Both the position numbers and the translations under genes were made by a program. DNA of 64,000 nt from Schizosaccharomyces osmophilus. Taxonomy: Eukaryota. The first letter of the stretch is position 1. Each line of letters starts with the position of its first letter. The notes beneath the pieces are model-generated. The model was not told the DNA's origin and did no database searches. It saw nothing but the letters and a program-made list of their open reading frames with translations. The stretch is from positions 5,456,001 through 5,520,000 of the forward strand of contig NC_079238.1 in NCBI RefSeq assembly GCF_027921745.1, read 5' to 3'. Positions 12,042-24,699 of the stretch are shown one piece after another.

Positions 12042-12813
12042 TTACAGAGCTTTCATTAAACTTATTTGGTAAGAATAAGGATAGTCAAAAAAAAGTAACC
12101 CCAAATAATCGCTGGATTCATGAAACGTTTACATCTTTGTCAAACAAATGATAGATTTTATGGCACCAAAGCCTTAAATGAATGATTCGTTGTTTTGGGA
12201 ATTTTATATATATATATAGTGTAATTGAATTTTATTATAGAAGGGAAACTTATTTGACATTATTCAACAATTCTAAATAGACATATCAGAGAAGAATTCC
12301 AACTTCAATCGCAGTAAGAAGCCGAGGTCAATTGTTTTCATTGAAAGAAACATAGTAAAATGCTTAATTGCTTTCATTCAAGCATGAAAATTTTCAAAAC
12401 TTCCAAGGGAAGTAGAATACCAACTTGCCATGAAATTTTACAACGACCTTTCAAGGACCGAACTTATTCACCCATCAACAAGAGTCCATCGTTCCTTCTT
12501 CGAATCCTTTAACAGTAAGTCGGCTTTTTTTCGGTAAAACATAAAGATTTGTAATTTGCGAATTCGTCGAAATTTCGTTTCTTTTCTTTACGTAATTGGA
12601 ACAACTCCATCCTATTTTATATGGCTTTCTGAAGTTAACCATGACTATCATCATTGACCTGCTGTTTTCAATTGAGAGTTGTTGATCCCATCTCCTTATC
12701 GAACTTTTGTAATAGGAAGAAGAAATCCAATCTCTCTTTAGCTCTCTACACTCTGAGCACGATTGCTACACCAGATCTCTCTTTGCTGTGATTCACTCCT
12801 TTTATACACACAA

Positions 12814-13776
12814 ATGGGATCAGTAGAATTACCTTCTATTGATCTTTCTTTAAAAGATTCAAAACATGTCGCTGCGGAGCTAATTACAGCATGCAAGCAG
12901 TGGGGATTCTTCACAGTGAAAAACCATGGAATCCCTCTGGAAGATGTAGCTCGAATTTTCAAGATTAGCGATGAGTTTTTCAACTCTCCTTTAGAGGAAA
13001 AGAAACAATTTATGTTTAAAGAAGAGCGATTACATTCAGGATATACAGGACACGTTGGAGAAAAGTTGGATGCCGAACATCAATGTAGAGGAGATATGAT
13101 CGAGTCCTATGATATAGCAGGATTTCCTAGTCCAGATTCAAAAGTAAATAGTCCAGTCATCCAAAAGTACTTTCTTGAACTAAAAGCCTTTCAACGGCAA
13201 TGTCATTATCTTTCATTAAAAATCCTTGACCTTATTGCTGGTGGGTTTGGACTTTCATCGGATTTTTTCAGCAAGTACCATAGTTCGTCTAAGGATATTC
13301 TTCGTTTGTTAAAGTATAGTATTCCTGAGGGAGTAAAACGCCGAGAACATGATGAAGATGCCGGCGCTCATTCCGACTATGGATCCATTACTCTACTGTT
13401 TCAAAAAGATATGGGAGGTTTACAAATTCGACCACCAGAGTCATACAATGTAGCCGACTGGCTGAAAGTCTCCGTAGACGAAACATCAATTGTGTAAGTA
13501 GAAACAAAAAAATTTGTTTCTTTTTTTTTGTCTTTACGCAGCTTTACTAACCACCCCTTTAGTGTCAATATTGGAGATATGTTACAATTTTGGACGAGTG
13601 GACGGCTTAAAAGCACTGTTCACCGGGTAAGACTTGATCCAGACATAAAATCCAGACAAACGATTGCATATTTTGTAATACCTGATTCTGAAACTATTAT
13701 AGATCCAGTGTATGAGGACGAAAACGAAAGCGAAGGAAAAGGAAATAGCGTGAAGATAGTACCGGCCAGCGAATAA
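12814..13776 (+). CDS. 2-oxoglutarate/Fe(II) dioxygenase (DIOX_N type), 1 intron, possibly C-terminally truncated
   Basis: LPSIDLS, WGFFTVKNHGI, HSDYGSITLLFQ, VNIGDMLQFWT..LKSTVHRV; intron 13494-13562. Confidence 0.88.
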
Positions 13777-15413
13777 ATAGAAGGAAGATTAAACGTAAAA
13801 ATTATGGCTATGAAGAAGCTCTTAGAGGATTTATGGGCAGCCAAAATGGTCTGAATAGTCAGGCTACATGATTTGAATGATTCCCGATCTAGACATAAAA
13901 GACATGAATATCCCGAAATGTGTATGAATATAAACGAGTTTTATGTGTCAATGATTACATTTGCAACATGCTATTATGATTAAACAGAATACCATATTTT
14001 AGTTGCTTTTCTAGCTTGCCGAATGGAAGGCACAAGATGTCATAGCGAAAGAGTTCTTACAAGAGAATATGAAAGATCTTACTTCAAATTTCTCAGAGCC
14101 GTGTATTTTTGCTGATTGATATTCTTGATATTTTTGAATGAAAGCTGTCTTGCCTTTGTGCTTTTGATGACAAAAGGATTGATAATACAAAGGTCAAACT
14201 TACTACCAAACGACAAAAGTTCACTATCATAATGAAACTTTTATAAATTTAATGATTATACGCTTAAGGACAGTTATCTTTCAAGACGTGACTCTAGGAA
14301 CTGAAGAAGAACCCCGTTTCCTTTATAAATATGATCCTGAGCAAAGATAAAAATTTGCTTTTGCATTGAATATTTGCTTACTAACGAAACATTCCTCACA
14401 GATCCTCAAATTTGGTAATGAAATTGTGATACTGTCCTTTGTAATCGACCTCTGGTAAATGATTATGCACTTGTAAAACCACTCTACTTTCAATTTTTGT
14501 CATTTGCAGCGAGGAGCACGCTGTAATATTTACATTTCTACATGTTTATCTTTTAAATAACAAGTCAAAGGCTGTTTGACGCCGAAAATACAGACAAGAG
14601 ACCTCAAAGTTACAATCTGTCTTCGTTGACTTTGTCTGCTATAAAGATTATTCAGGTGCGGTTGAATGGATCTCAGAAAGACTTCTAAATTCTTTTCCGA
14701 TTATATTATCATTTCATTATTCGTTTATGCTGTAAATTCGAAGATGTTGTATACATCTGCTAAGTGTTTATTATTTTTGACAACACAGGCTACTGCTTGC
14801 TTTACAGCACATAGTTATGAGAAGAATGTTTAATCTATTAAAGGTTCGTCAGGTTGTTTATCAAGAGGCACACATGAGATAAGTGTTTGAATATTAGAAT
14901 ATTATGAGTCCGATATACACTCTGGAGATTTTTATTTGTTTATTCATTAAAACAGTAAAAACAGTAAATAAATAGATAAATAATCAATACGAATGAACAA
15001 ACACGATATCACTCCATAAAATATAAGTGCAAATAGGGAATGAAAGCCAAACTGCTAATCGATATACTATAATAATGTTTACAATTCACCCATACCTTAT
15101 AAATAGAGAAAGTTGTTTCAAGGTATTTCGTCCAAGCAGTACAACAAGCAAAACCAATATCGCAGACTTCTCGTACAAAACAAAACTGACGTTAATTTCG
15201 GATCACCCACCACATTCTTGAAGATTGGTGATCTGCAAGTGCGCGTACCTCTTAAACATTCACGTACAGATATGGTACAAGATTGCCACCAGGCATGCCA
15301 ATACGCTTGAAAACGAAAACGAGTAACAATCGACATCGTACAACGCCAATCCGTATAGGTTCTTCCATCATAGACTATCATAATAAATTATAAAGGTTGT
15401 ACCTCCAGGGGTT

Positions 15414-16106
15414 TCACATATCTTCATAATCACTTGGAGGATCAGTCAAAGGTACATAACGTACAGAAAACAAGGACTTTTTTGAAAGCTTTCCATCAGC
15501 GTGTTTATCGTATACAAATATATCCTGAAACGCTGTTCCCACCGGGATAATCATTTTCCCATGGATTTTCAGTTGCTCAGTCAACCGTTTTGGAAGTTCG
15601 GAGGCAGCAGCACCTACGTGGATTGCATCGAACTGTTCATCTTCAGGTGAACCTAGCCTTCCGTCGCCACGGACAACCTCAATCCTTTTATGCTCCACCA
15701 TGTAATCAATCAACGGGTCATGTTTTGCGTCTTCTTGCAAATTCTTTTTTGACAAATCGACGAGTCCTTGTATGTGCTCAACACCTTTAACATAACCTGT
15801 TTTTCCTACCATACGAGCCATAGCAGCCACCAAATACCCGCTTCCTGAACCAATGTCTAAAGCTCTGTTACCCGGTTGAAGCTTCGGCTCCAACTCTTGC
15901 AGAGCAATACCATGCATATGGGGAGCGGATATAGTAGCACTATACCCTATAGTCTGTGGTGAGTCTGCATAAGAGAAGTGAGGGCAATAAAACTTGCGAT
16001 CGGTGTGTTTCATCGCTTCAATTGCCCGCGGCTTCGATATAATCCCCGCCAGATTTAAATTTCGAACAAGAGCTGCATTTGATGAGGCACCGCACTCCCA
16101 CGCCAT
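15414..16106 (-). CDS. Protein-L-isoaspartate O-methyltransferase
   Basis: MAW start; [27 protein letters not shown] and VRYVPLT motifs. Confidence 0.93.
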   Translation of the reverse strand: MAWECGASSNAALVRNLNLAGIISKPRAIEAMKHTDRKFYCPHFSYADSPQTIGYSATISAPHMHGIALQELEPKLQPGNRALDIGSGSGYLVAAMARMVGKTGYVKGVEHIQGLVDLSKKNLQEDAKHDPLIDYMVEHKRIEVVRGDGRLGSPEDEQFDAIHVGAAASELPKRLTEQLKIHGKMIIPVGTAFQDIFVYDKHADGKLSKKSLFSVRYVPLTDPPSDYEDM

Positions 16107-16674
16107 ATTGAATAAAGGAAACACTAGGCCAAAGTTCAATAAAAGAATAGTCAAAGAGAAGAAATTGAAGAGTCCAAAAATCATGAACTCAAATGTCGCC
16201 ACAAATGCTAATTTATATTGTGGACGGCAAAGCAATCTATCGACGTTTTGTATTTCAAAATATTATTCCCATGGTGCATTACCTCAAGTTGTGTAAAGCC
16301 AAAAGTTGAGTGGCAGCATAAGTTATGACGATAAATGATCGAGGGTGTCAAACACATACAAATATATACCAATAAAAAATGTATTAGTTAAGAACAGAAC
16401 AATAGTTTATTTGCTTTAAATGTTGACTATCATAATAGACCATACGTGCCACTTGCCTAACTTATGGATAACCAATCTTTTGTAATGAGAACATGATAAC
16501 TCTGGAAGAAATTATCTTCTAGATTCCGAAAATCTGTAATCCCACCTCCCTTGAAAACGTTCTTATTAGAAATAACAAGGAACTGAAATGTTTTAACCCA
16601 GTTTATATCCGTTACTTAACCATTGTAAATTTCAACCTTGGCCACTTCATCATTATATTTTTTTGTTTACAGAA

Positions 16675-17418
16675 TTATGGTCGAGATAACTTGGACTCTA
16701 GAGTTTCGATAGCCGCTTTGGCGGTTGATTCAGCACTTTCAGGATTCACTCCGGTTACTATTCTACCGTCAACCTGAACAAAATCAGACACTGGAGTACT
16801 GGGGTTAATGTATCTCGCTTCAGCCTGTTCTAAAATTTCATTCAAGAATCCAATATTGTGATTTTTCAATGGAGTAGAAAGCCCCATCATTACTTCACCC
16901 GCATGCGTAAATGCGGTGACATTTTTCCCATAAACAACAGATTTTCCTGCAGGGCACTTGGAGTTTTTAACATGCACCAACAAAACGGGTCCATGACAAA
17001 CAGCAGCTAAAATCCCTTTATTATCATATATTTTAGCTGCCAAGTCTTGCATGTCTTTGGCTATAGGTAGGTCAAACATTGCACCATGTCCTCCTGCAAC
17101 AAATAACAATGGGTATTCGTTAGGGTTAACCTCTTTAGCAGCTTTAGCATTTTTCAAGCAAGTCCAAAAGTCATCATCCTTATCATCGAGAACTTGCTTC
17201 TCCAACTTTCCTAATGCCATATTCATCAAGGAAAGATCATCAAACATGCACTGCCCTGTCTCCGATACTATTTGTACCTCGTACCCAGCTTTTTTGAATA
17301 CTTTGTATGGAACAAGCGTTTCAGAAAAAAAAGCTCCTGTTTTCATGCCATTTAAATAAAAAGGGCCATAGTAACTAGTGGTACCCAACAGCACTTTCTT
17401 GGTATTGTTTAAGGTCAT
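16675..17418 (-). CDS. DJ-1/ThiJ/PfpI (Hsp31-type glyoxalase III) protein
   Basis: TGAFFSE, AGGHGAMFD, AVCHGP and DGRIVTGVNPES motifs. Confidence 0.92.
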   Translation of the reverse strand: MTLNNTKKVLLGTTSYYGPFYLNGMKTGAFFSETLVPYKVFKKAGYEVQIVSETGQCMFDDLSLMNMALGKLEKQVLDDKDDDFWTCLKNAKAAKEVNPNEYPLLFVAGGHGAMFDLPIAKDMQDLAAKIYDNKGILAAVCHGPVLLVHVKNSKCPAGKSVVYGKNVTAFTHAGEVMMGLSTPLKNHNIGFLNEILEQAEARYINPSTPVSDFVQVDGRIVTGVNPESAESTAKAAIETLESKLSRP

Positions 17419-17741
17419 TTTACTCACAAGTGAAGTTTGTAGGTCGAATCAATTGCTGAAATTTATATCAAAAATTGTTTATTTGCCCATCTCAAATCAA
17501 TCCGAAACTTGGTAAATTGCCCACATTACACATTACCTGAGGTGACCGAAATCTAACATCATCCAAATCGTAAGAGTAGGTACTGAAGAAAATTAGAAGC
17601 GAAATATAGAGACCAGCATATCAGCAGTCAATTCCTAGCTACTAAATTAAGGCTTCATTAACTGAAATAAAAATGTGGAACTTTGACGACGCTAGTCCGA
17701 AAACCCAAATTTTTATAAAGATAGAAACCATGAAATCATGT

Positions 17742-18905
17742 TTAACTTAGGTTATCGTCCATTTCTTTTATAAAGTTATACAGTGCATTCACTCCAAACT
17801 TTTGAGACCATTCCTCAAAAGTTATATATTTCCTCAAGAGCATAAAAGTTTCTGTAACGAACAAACCATCATGAATGCCCTTGTTTTCGATCATTATCCT
17901 TTCAGGATAATTTTTACTTAGAGAGGACTTTTCGAGGCACCATTCCAAAATACTGTCTCTCAAGATTTCGTCCTTGCCAACCACTACCAGAAAGTTACCT
18001 TTACGCAAAGGTGGAAGTTCTGCCCAAATATCATCTGAAGTGTTCAAATTTATATTTGCTAATGGCAAAGAGTATAAATTCTCATTTCGTTGAAAAAATT
18101 CTTTTCCATATTTTTGCGAAACCTCGAAGGTGAGCACATCTTTATTAGCATTATTTTTATAAGATTTGGTTTTTTCGGCATTGTTCAAATCCAACCAAGG
18201 TGAAACTAACGCTACACCATGAGGCCAGACTACCTTGTTTGTTTTGGACCTTTCGTTTAAATAGTAAAGCATAGACAGCGAGAGGTACCCACCAGAAGAG
18301 TCACCGACTAGAAGTATTTTCTTGTATCCAAGGGAAACCAACTTGTCATAAACATTTAAGCATTCAAGAATTGGTGTTGGATAGGTGTTTCCGTTAGGTA
18401 GCAAAGAATAATCGATAAACAACATAGAAGGCGGTTTTGATCCTTTTTTTTTAAGCAGAGTATACATATTACTGAACGCAGAAATCTGAACCGGTGAAAT
18501 AGAATGGCACAACATTCCGCCATGAAGATAGACGATAACGGAGTCCTCTTTACCCATTTCTTGAGGATGTTTAGCAAGCCATGCGGAATCGGGGATAATT
18601 TTTTCAGTATCTTTTCGAGTGAATACTTCTCCATAGCTAGGAAGACTTTTAGAAGGATTGAATTTGTTCTCGTTTTTTTCTAGTATACCAAACAAACTCT
18701 TTCCCCCATCGATGTATTTAAAATCTTTCAACGTCGTCCCACTACTTAGATGCGTATAGCTCATAGCAAACAAATTCAGAGAAAAGCTTTTTTGAAATGC
18801 TTCTTGTTCTCGAAATCTTGTCCCCACGGTTACATACAAAATAGCTGTCCAAATCCATACAAACGGAAGGGTAATTAACCGCAAAAAGAATGAAAAAGAC
18901 ATCAT
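17742..18905 (-). CDS. Alpha/beta hydrolase, HSL-like (Say1/Mug180-like)
   Basis: N-terminal hydrophobic anchor; YLHGG, DYSL, GDSSGG and SPWLDL motifs; C-terminal His (GIHD). Confidence 0.85.
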   Translation of the reverse strand: MMSFSFFLRLITLPFVWIWTAILYVTVGTRFREQEAFQKSFSLNLFAMSYTHLSSGTTLKDFKYIDGGKSLFGILEKNENKFNPSKSLPSYGEVFTRKDTEKIIPDSAWLAKHPQEMGKEDSVIVYLHGGMLCHSISPVQISAFSNMYTLLKKKGSKPPSMLFIDYSLLPNGNTYPTPILECLNVYDKLVSLGYKKILLVGDSSGGYLSLSMLYYLNERSKTNKVVWPHGVALVSPWLDLNNAEKTKSYKNNANKDVLTFEVSQKYGKEFFQRNENLYSLPLANINLNTSDDIWAELPPLRKGNFLVVVGKDEILRDSILEWCLEKSSLSKNYPERIMIENKGIHDGLFVTETFMLLRKYITFEEWSQKFGVNALYNFIKEMDDNLS

Positions 18906-19612
18906 TTTGATATAAAAGTTTAAACCAAGGAAATATTCTTTAGTGGTTTATATCGCAAAAGATATTCACTAGATATGCCGACTTTACCTAACAGATTTTG
19001 AACGCTTGCAATCGTGAGTTATAGGACCTGTAGAGCACTTCATCTAATAACTAGCAGATGAAAACGGAATAAAACTTACTTATGTTTGTCAGTAGCAGTT
19101 TTATACGAGACTTTTCTTGGTCCTCCAAGCTGTAAGAAGTACTCTATTCGACAAAAAATTTCAGTAATTAAAAGGTCGTTGCCTATTATTCATCCACCGG
19201 AGTAATTTAGAAAATGGTTCCATCCGTTCGTTCAAGTGAAAAAGTGTGTCTGTGTAGTAGTCGTGAAATATTCCAGTCTTAGTACGGTTAAGGTGTCAAA
19301 TGCAAATTCGAATAGTAGACTAGAATCAACTTAACATTAGATTAATGAAGATTTGTAACCTAGAATTATTCATCAACACTTGAAACTGTTGCTGGAAAAT
19401 CGATTGATGGGAACATAGGAGATCAGCTCTTCACGTTGATGGGTTTCGGTTGAAAGACGCTTTCTTGCTTTGATTTTAGTTCCACTGAAAACCGTTTTTT
19501 TGCTTTATATACATCTGTTAACTGAAAATGACTACTTTAGTTCAGACAAAAGTGGATGAAACTACCCCATAAGGAATGCCTTGCTTTTGTCATCATTTGT
19601 CGGCTTTTTACC

Positions 19613-20032
19613 TCTTTGTTTCAAAAAGCGAACAAATCGGCACAATGTTAAGATACACCAGATGTTCGAGCGAAAAAAAAACCGGTCCTTTCCTTTGTTT
19701 CTCAACAGCATTGAAACGATTACCACACAATCGGAAACTCTTATAAGAGTGAGACCGCTTGTTTTTATTTTTCTTTCTATCTCCTGTTTATTACCGTAAG
19801 TCCCGCTCTTTTATTCGTTTTGTTTGAACATCTATTGTCCGAGTCGAATGGCGATTACAAGTCGTACACAAACCCCTCCGCGACGGATCTAAAAATGCAA
19901 TGTATCTTTGATGAAGTTTTGATTCTTCTTGCCATCTCCACATTGTTCGTGACTCTTCATCTTGGACCAAAGCGATAGCCAATTTTGGGACAATGGAAAA
20001 TTTCGTAGCGAAGAATGGGACCTTGAACAAAG
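19613..20032 (+). promoter_or_regulatory. Candidate Ste11 TR-box and Mat1-Mc M-box sites upstream of the M-factor gene
   Basis: TCTTTGTT at 19613 with ACAATG at 19642; CATTGT at 19941; ACAATG at 19990; AACAAAG at about 20026. Confidence 0.5.
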
Positions 20033-20206
20033 GGAGGACATGGTCGGTTCGTTCGGAAGTCTTGATTTCAGGTATAAATACAGGCTGAAATGGAACAAGA
20101 AATCATCATCCAAAGCTTGGTTTTCATCTCTTTGATCACTACTCTTTTCTCTTTTTGACTTTTTGACACTTTTTTTTGCTCTCCTACCTTTCAACAAACA
20201 ACAACA

Positions 20207-20387
20207 ATGGACGCTATGAACAACACTTCCAACAACTCTACTCTTGCCAACAACGCTCCTTCCAAGCCTGCTGTTACCGTTAGCGCCGCTCAGTGGTACC
20301 AACCCAAACCTCCAGGAATGTGGTATGGCAATTTCTTCTTCTATACCATTCTGTACTAACTTTCCTTTCTTTAGTGTCATCGCTTAA
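20207..20387 (+). CDS. mfm: M-factor mating pheromone precursor (42 aa, CAAX), 1 intron
   Basis: Exons 20207-20322 and 20375-20387 give MDAMNNTSNNSTLANNAPSKPAVTVSAAQWYQPKPPGMCVIA*; the intron GTATGG..TACTAAC..TAG splits the Cys codon. Confidence 0.93.
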
Positions 20388-21108
20388 GAGCAAGTCAGCA
20401 TTTGTGACTTTTTTATGCCTTTTACGAGGCTACGTTTTTACTTTATAATTTTGCCAATTTAATTTTAATTTTAATTCTTATAATTACAAAACTTTCATAT
20501 ATATCACCTCAAATCCAAATTTTTTGATTCCATTTTATTTCGCTTTCATAACTTCAAAAATTGCAGGATTGAGTAAAGGAGAGACGTAAATTCTCATGCT
20601 TATAAAGACCATGATTTCCCATCTTGAATGCTAGATCTAAAGTATCTTGTCTCACCTACTCTCACCCCGGCAACAAACAATTGAAAGCAGGCACTCTGTG
20701 CTACCGACAATTTTTTCGCTACTATTGCCAAATTCCAAATGAATTACCAATGAGTTCAAAACAGAAAGAAAAAAAGTAAAGAAACGAGAGGTCAATCCCA
20801 GTCGTCATTCATCCTTCACTATGATGTGTCAAATAATTGGCCTTTCGTCGACCAAACGTAGATGACAGAAATTGGTCAATCAGAATGGTTTCGATAGATT
20901 TATTTACATAGAAAACAAAGTATTGATAAAGCCAGCGTCATGTAAACATAACAAATTGCTCGATGCTAATGTCGGCATATCACTCATGAAAACTTCAGTG
21001 ATGAACAACTGAGGTCAGTTAAACTTTCCATGCTTCACAATGTTTTTCTCTTGAAGAATTTCTATATAAACCAGGCGAACCCAGCTCTCATGGAATAAAT
21101 CAGTACGA

Positions 21109-21717
21109 ATGCTAAAGCAACGTCTTCATTTGCCATTGTTAACCATAACAAGAACATACGCAACAAAAATGTCGAGAATCTCAGACGTAGTATTCAAAGA
21201 TCACCGAGAGTTACAGGATCAATACAAAAAGATCAAGACCGCCAAGGATGCAGACACTGCAATTCGTTGGCAAAACCAATTTGTATGGGAATTGGCTCGC
21301 CATTCAATAGGCGAAGAAATTGTCGTTTATCCAAAGTTTAAAAAATACCTTGGAGAAGTTGGAGCAGAACTTGCAGAGAAAGATCGAAACGAGCATCAAA
21401 TTGTCAAAGATTATTTATATAAATTTCAGTCTTTGAAGCCTAATCAAACGGAATTCCTCCCGACAATTGATGCCTTGATGGCAAACCTTCAAAAACATAT
21501 TGAAGAAGAAGAATCTCAAGATTTTCCTCAATTAGAAAGTAAATTGCTGGCAGATGAGTCACAGGAGATGGCGCACAGTTTTCAAAGAACAAAGATGTTT
21601 GTTCCTACCCACAGCCATCCATCTGCCCCTAACAAGCCTCCCTTCGAAACTATTGTTGGACTGCTTTCAGCACCTCTTGACAAGTTGCAAGATTTAATGA
21701 AACGATGGCCTCAATAG
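21109..21717 (+). CDS. Hemerythrin/HHE cation-binding domain protein
   Basis: DHREL, ELARHSIGEEIVVYP, EHQ, HIEEEE and PTHSHPSAPNKPPFET motifs; basic N-terminal extension before a second Met. Confidence 0.9.
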   Translation: MLKQRLHLPLLTITRTYATKMSRISDVVFKDHRELQDQYKKIKTAKDADTAIRWQNQFVWELARHSIGEEIVVYPKFKKYLGEVGAELAEKDRNEHQIVKDYLYKFQSLKPNQTEFLPTIDALMANLQKHIEEEESQDFPQLESKLLADESQEMAHSFQRTKMFVPTHSHPSAPNKPPFETIVGLLSAPLDKLQDLMKRWPQ

Positions 21718-23091
21718 TATTATGATGCAGTTTCCTTGCATGCTTTTAGTAGTTTTATAATCCTATAATGAGTTTAAGTAATTGGTAGGATTTGAAATAA
21801 GAATGCCAAATACATATAAAACCCACGAAATGATTACAGTAAGAAGGGAAAACCCCAAGTCATTTTGTCACTTTTGTTATTTTACTAAGCCGTAAAGACT
21901 ACAGAAAGTCATTTTATGGTATTACTAAACAACATGTACGGAATTGGAATATGTTTTTTTTCATGGAATGGAGGATTTATATCAAGATCGGAATTTGTAT
22001 GAAAAGAAGTTTTCCTTGTTACTCTTCTCTTGCGATCCGTTTTATACTGTTTGATTTTAGTACTTGTATTACTTGAAGGAGTCGTAAAGACAGATTGAAT
22101 CAGGATGATTATTTCCTTTTGGCGGTAATTTTCGTTTGCCTCTTATTTACCTTTTCTTTCTGATATGCTTGCTTATTTGTTTTATTTTCATTGTAAAGCA
22201 TGCACTTCCATAGCGGGTATTTATCGAGTCAGAGAGAAACAAATAGAAACGGACTTTTATCACTTTCTTTTCTTTGCTATGTGCTTCCTTCGCTCAGTTG
22301 GATGTCAGTCTCTATGGGCGAGTCTAGTTCAAAGATTTATCATCTAGTATACAAAGCTATGTGAATTCAAAAACTAATAACCAAATTTAAGATATAAGCA
22401 TGCACGTATTTCGAGGCATTCCAAAGGTTGAAATGGGTTGTCTGATACGACTTATTAACGAAATTGGAAACAGCATATCATCATTTGAAATGCGCAAAAA
22501 CACAATCAATAGCTCCTCTTAACTTCCATACGTCTATACCGGCTTTCGATGGATACTTTTTCTACTCATACTCGCACAATGCTTTAATGTAACTTGCCAA
22601 GTAACGCAGAGAACCCACACTAACTGTAAGGTCCGCAGCATGGAACAAAGCCTACTTTATAAGTAGTTTGCTGGTAAAGATACGAGAAGTTCTATCTCAA
22701 GTTAAAGAATATGCAAAATTCTACCCATAAAAACTTTCCCTTGTTACAAAATAAAGCAGTACAGATTCAACACATCTAAAAAAGGGATATTTTATTTCAA
22801 ATAAATCAGCATACGTATCTCATTAATTTCATAATAATCAAAAATAAAAGAATACCTAAAGTACCTTTATTGTCATATTCATCAATTGAAAATCCATGAA
22901 CCATTCCAATTCCCGAAATAGATGCTTCAGCTATTTTGCTTTTAGTCCATTTATATGGGTATAAACATACAAAAATCATGCTTTATAAGCTAAATATCAT
23001 CGTAACTTAGATGAAAAATCAAATAAGCTATCGCTCCCATAATTTCATTAGGTTCTTCTATAGGTAGCGTGAGGAGCCGCAAGAAAACGGT

Positions 23092-24699
23092 TTATATTTT
23101 AAAGTCCAATCTTCCGGCATCAACGGTTTTATCAACATCTTCAATTTTTTCGGCATTTTCAATAAATTCTTCTTCTTGACCCTGGGCTCCTTTGGACTTC
23201 TCTCTTTCACGTCTTTCTTCTTCTTTGCTGAATTCAATATGATGTTTCTTAACATTACGAATGTAGATGGAAGAATTCCAGGGCTTGACGTTCGAAAGAT
23301 AAAGATCATTCACCTCTTCTAACGTCAATCCCTTAGTTTCCTTCGCCATGAAGAAGATTTGGAACGCTGAAACAACATTAATGCAAGCATAAATATATCC
23401 TAATTTGAAGCCTATAGCATTTGAAATAAAGGGAGTAAAGAAAGAAACCATAAAGTTACCAAGCCAATTTCCTGCAGCTGCGACACCAGCACATTTACTG
23501 CGATAGCGGATTGGAAACGTTTCACCAACAATGACCCAACCAATAGGTCCCCAAGAACAGCAGTAGGAAAAGATAAACAAACATGAAAACACAATCATTA
23601 CAGAACCGGCTCTAGTGTCTGAAGAACCATCTGGATTATATAGCTTTTTATCACCAACGGCGGCGTAAATGAAAAAGCATATACCCTGAAAACTGGCACC
23701 AAGCACAAGCGGAAGTCTCCTACCAACGCGGTCCACAATACCAAGTACACACAAGGTCGTACCAAAATTGATGGCACCTAGAATAATTGCAGGAAGATAC
23801 TTGTTTGTCATTCCGGTTCCCTTAAACACCTGAGTAGCATAATAGAAGTAGTAGTTATTACCGATGAGCTCTCTTAAAAGCATAGTCAAGAACCCAAGAG
23901 CAGTACGATACCGAATTTCTGGACCAAGGATGTCACCCCATTTTGCTTTTCCTCCAGCCATCTCTTTATCAATATCACTTCGAATCGTGTTGAAGTTTGT
24001 TTGAATGATATCGGTCTCTGGGCTGAGTTCAGCAGTCTCACACATAACTTGAAGAGCTTGGTCTTCTTTTCCAATGTAAATAAGGTATCTAGGGGATTCA
24101 GGAAGGAAAAGGACACCGATCATAAGAAATACTCCCCAAAGCATGTTGATTCCTAGAGGGATTCTCCAAGTGGCTGTGTTGGCGAGATCCTTGGTTCCGA
24201 TGTTGATGCATGCTGCTACCAATGTACCGCATGTTTGAAACACTTGGTATGTGCAGACAACGGCGCCGCGAATTTGTGGTGGGGCGACTTCTGATTGGTA
24301 ACTTGGACTAAGAACAGACAAGGCACCGATCGTGAGACCGACAAAGATTTTACCAACCAAGACTTGCACCCAAGAATGGATGGAAGTAATCAAAACAATT
24401 TGACCTATAATATAGCATCCACTAAAAAAGCAAATAGAATTTCGCTTTCCAATGAATTCCGTAAACGGGGAAGAAAGCATGGCACCAAACAGACAACCAG
24501 CATTCACCATACCCGTCAAAAGACCTTGACGCGCAGCCGTATAAGAATACTCATGTGTAGAAGGATTAAAACGATTCGCAAAACGAGCTTGGAAATCCTT
24601 CATATTTAAAATGCCGCTAATGGAACCGGTATCGGCACCTCCCAGCCATCCAGCCATGGAGATAAACACAACGAGAATGGATGTAATAATTCTCTTCAT
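23092..24699 (-). CDS. Hexose transporter, Ght family
   Basis: GADTGSISG, YQSEVAPPQIRG, PESPRYL, GNNYYFYY, GETFPIRYRSK and ETKGLTLEEV motifs; paralog identity not resolved. Confidence 0.93.
   Translation of the reverse strand: MKRIITSILVVFISMAGWLGGADTGSISGILNMKDFQARFANRFNPSTHEYSYTAARQGLLTGMVNAGCLFGAMLSSPFTEFIGKRNSICFFSGCYIIGQIVLITSIHSWVQVLVGKIFVGLTIGALSVLSPSYQSEVAPPQIRGAVVCTYQVFQTCGTLVAACINIGTKDLANTATWRIPLGINMLWGVFLMIGVLFLPESPRYLIYIGKEDQALQVMCETAELSPETDIIQTNFNTIRSDIDKEMAGGKAKWGDILGPEIRYRTALGFLTMLLRELIGNNYYFYYATQVFKGTGMTNKYLPAIILGAINFGTTLCVLGIVDRVGRRLPLVLGASFQGICFFIYAAVGDKKLYNPDGSSDTRAGSVMIVFSCLFIFSYCCSWGPIGWVIVGETFPIRYRSKCAGVAAAGNWLGNFMVSFFTPFISNAIGFKLGYIYACINVVSAFQIFFMAKETKGLTLEEVNDLYLSNVKPWNSSIYIRNVKKHHIEFSKEEERREREKSKGAQGQEEEFIENAEKIEDVDKTVDAGRLDFKI

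Noticed and set aside
19889..20380. 163-aa minus-strand ORF
   Set aside because: Antisense to the M-factor gene and its promoter; no recognisable motifs.
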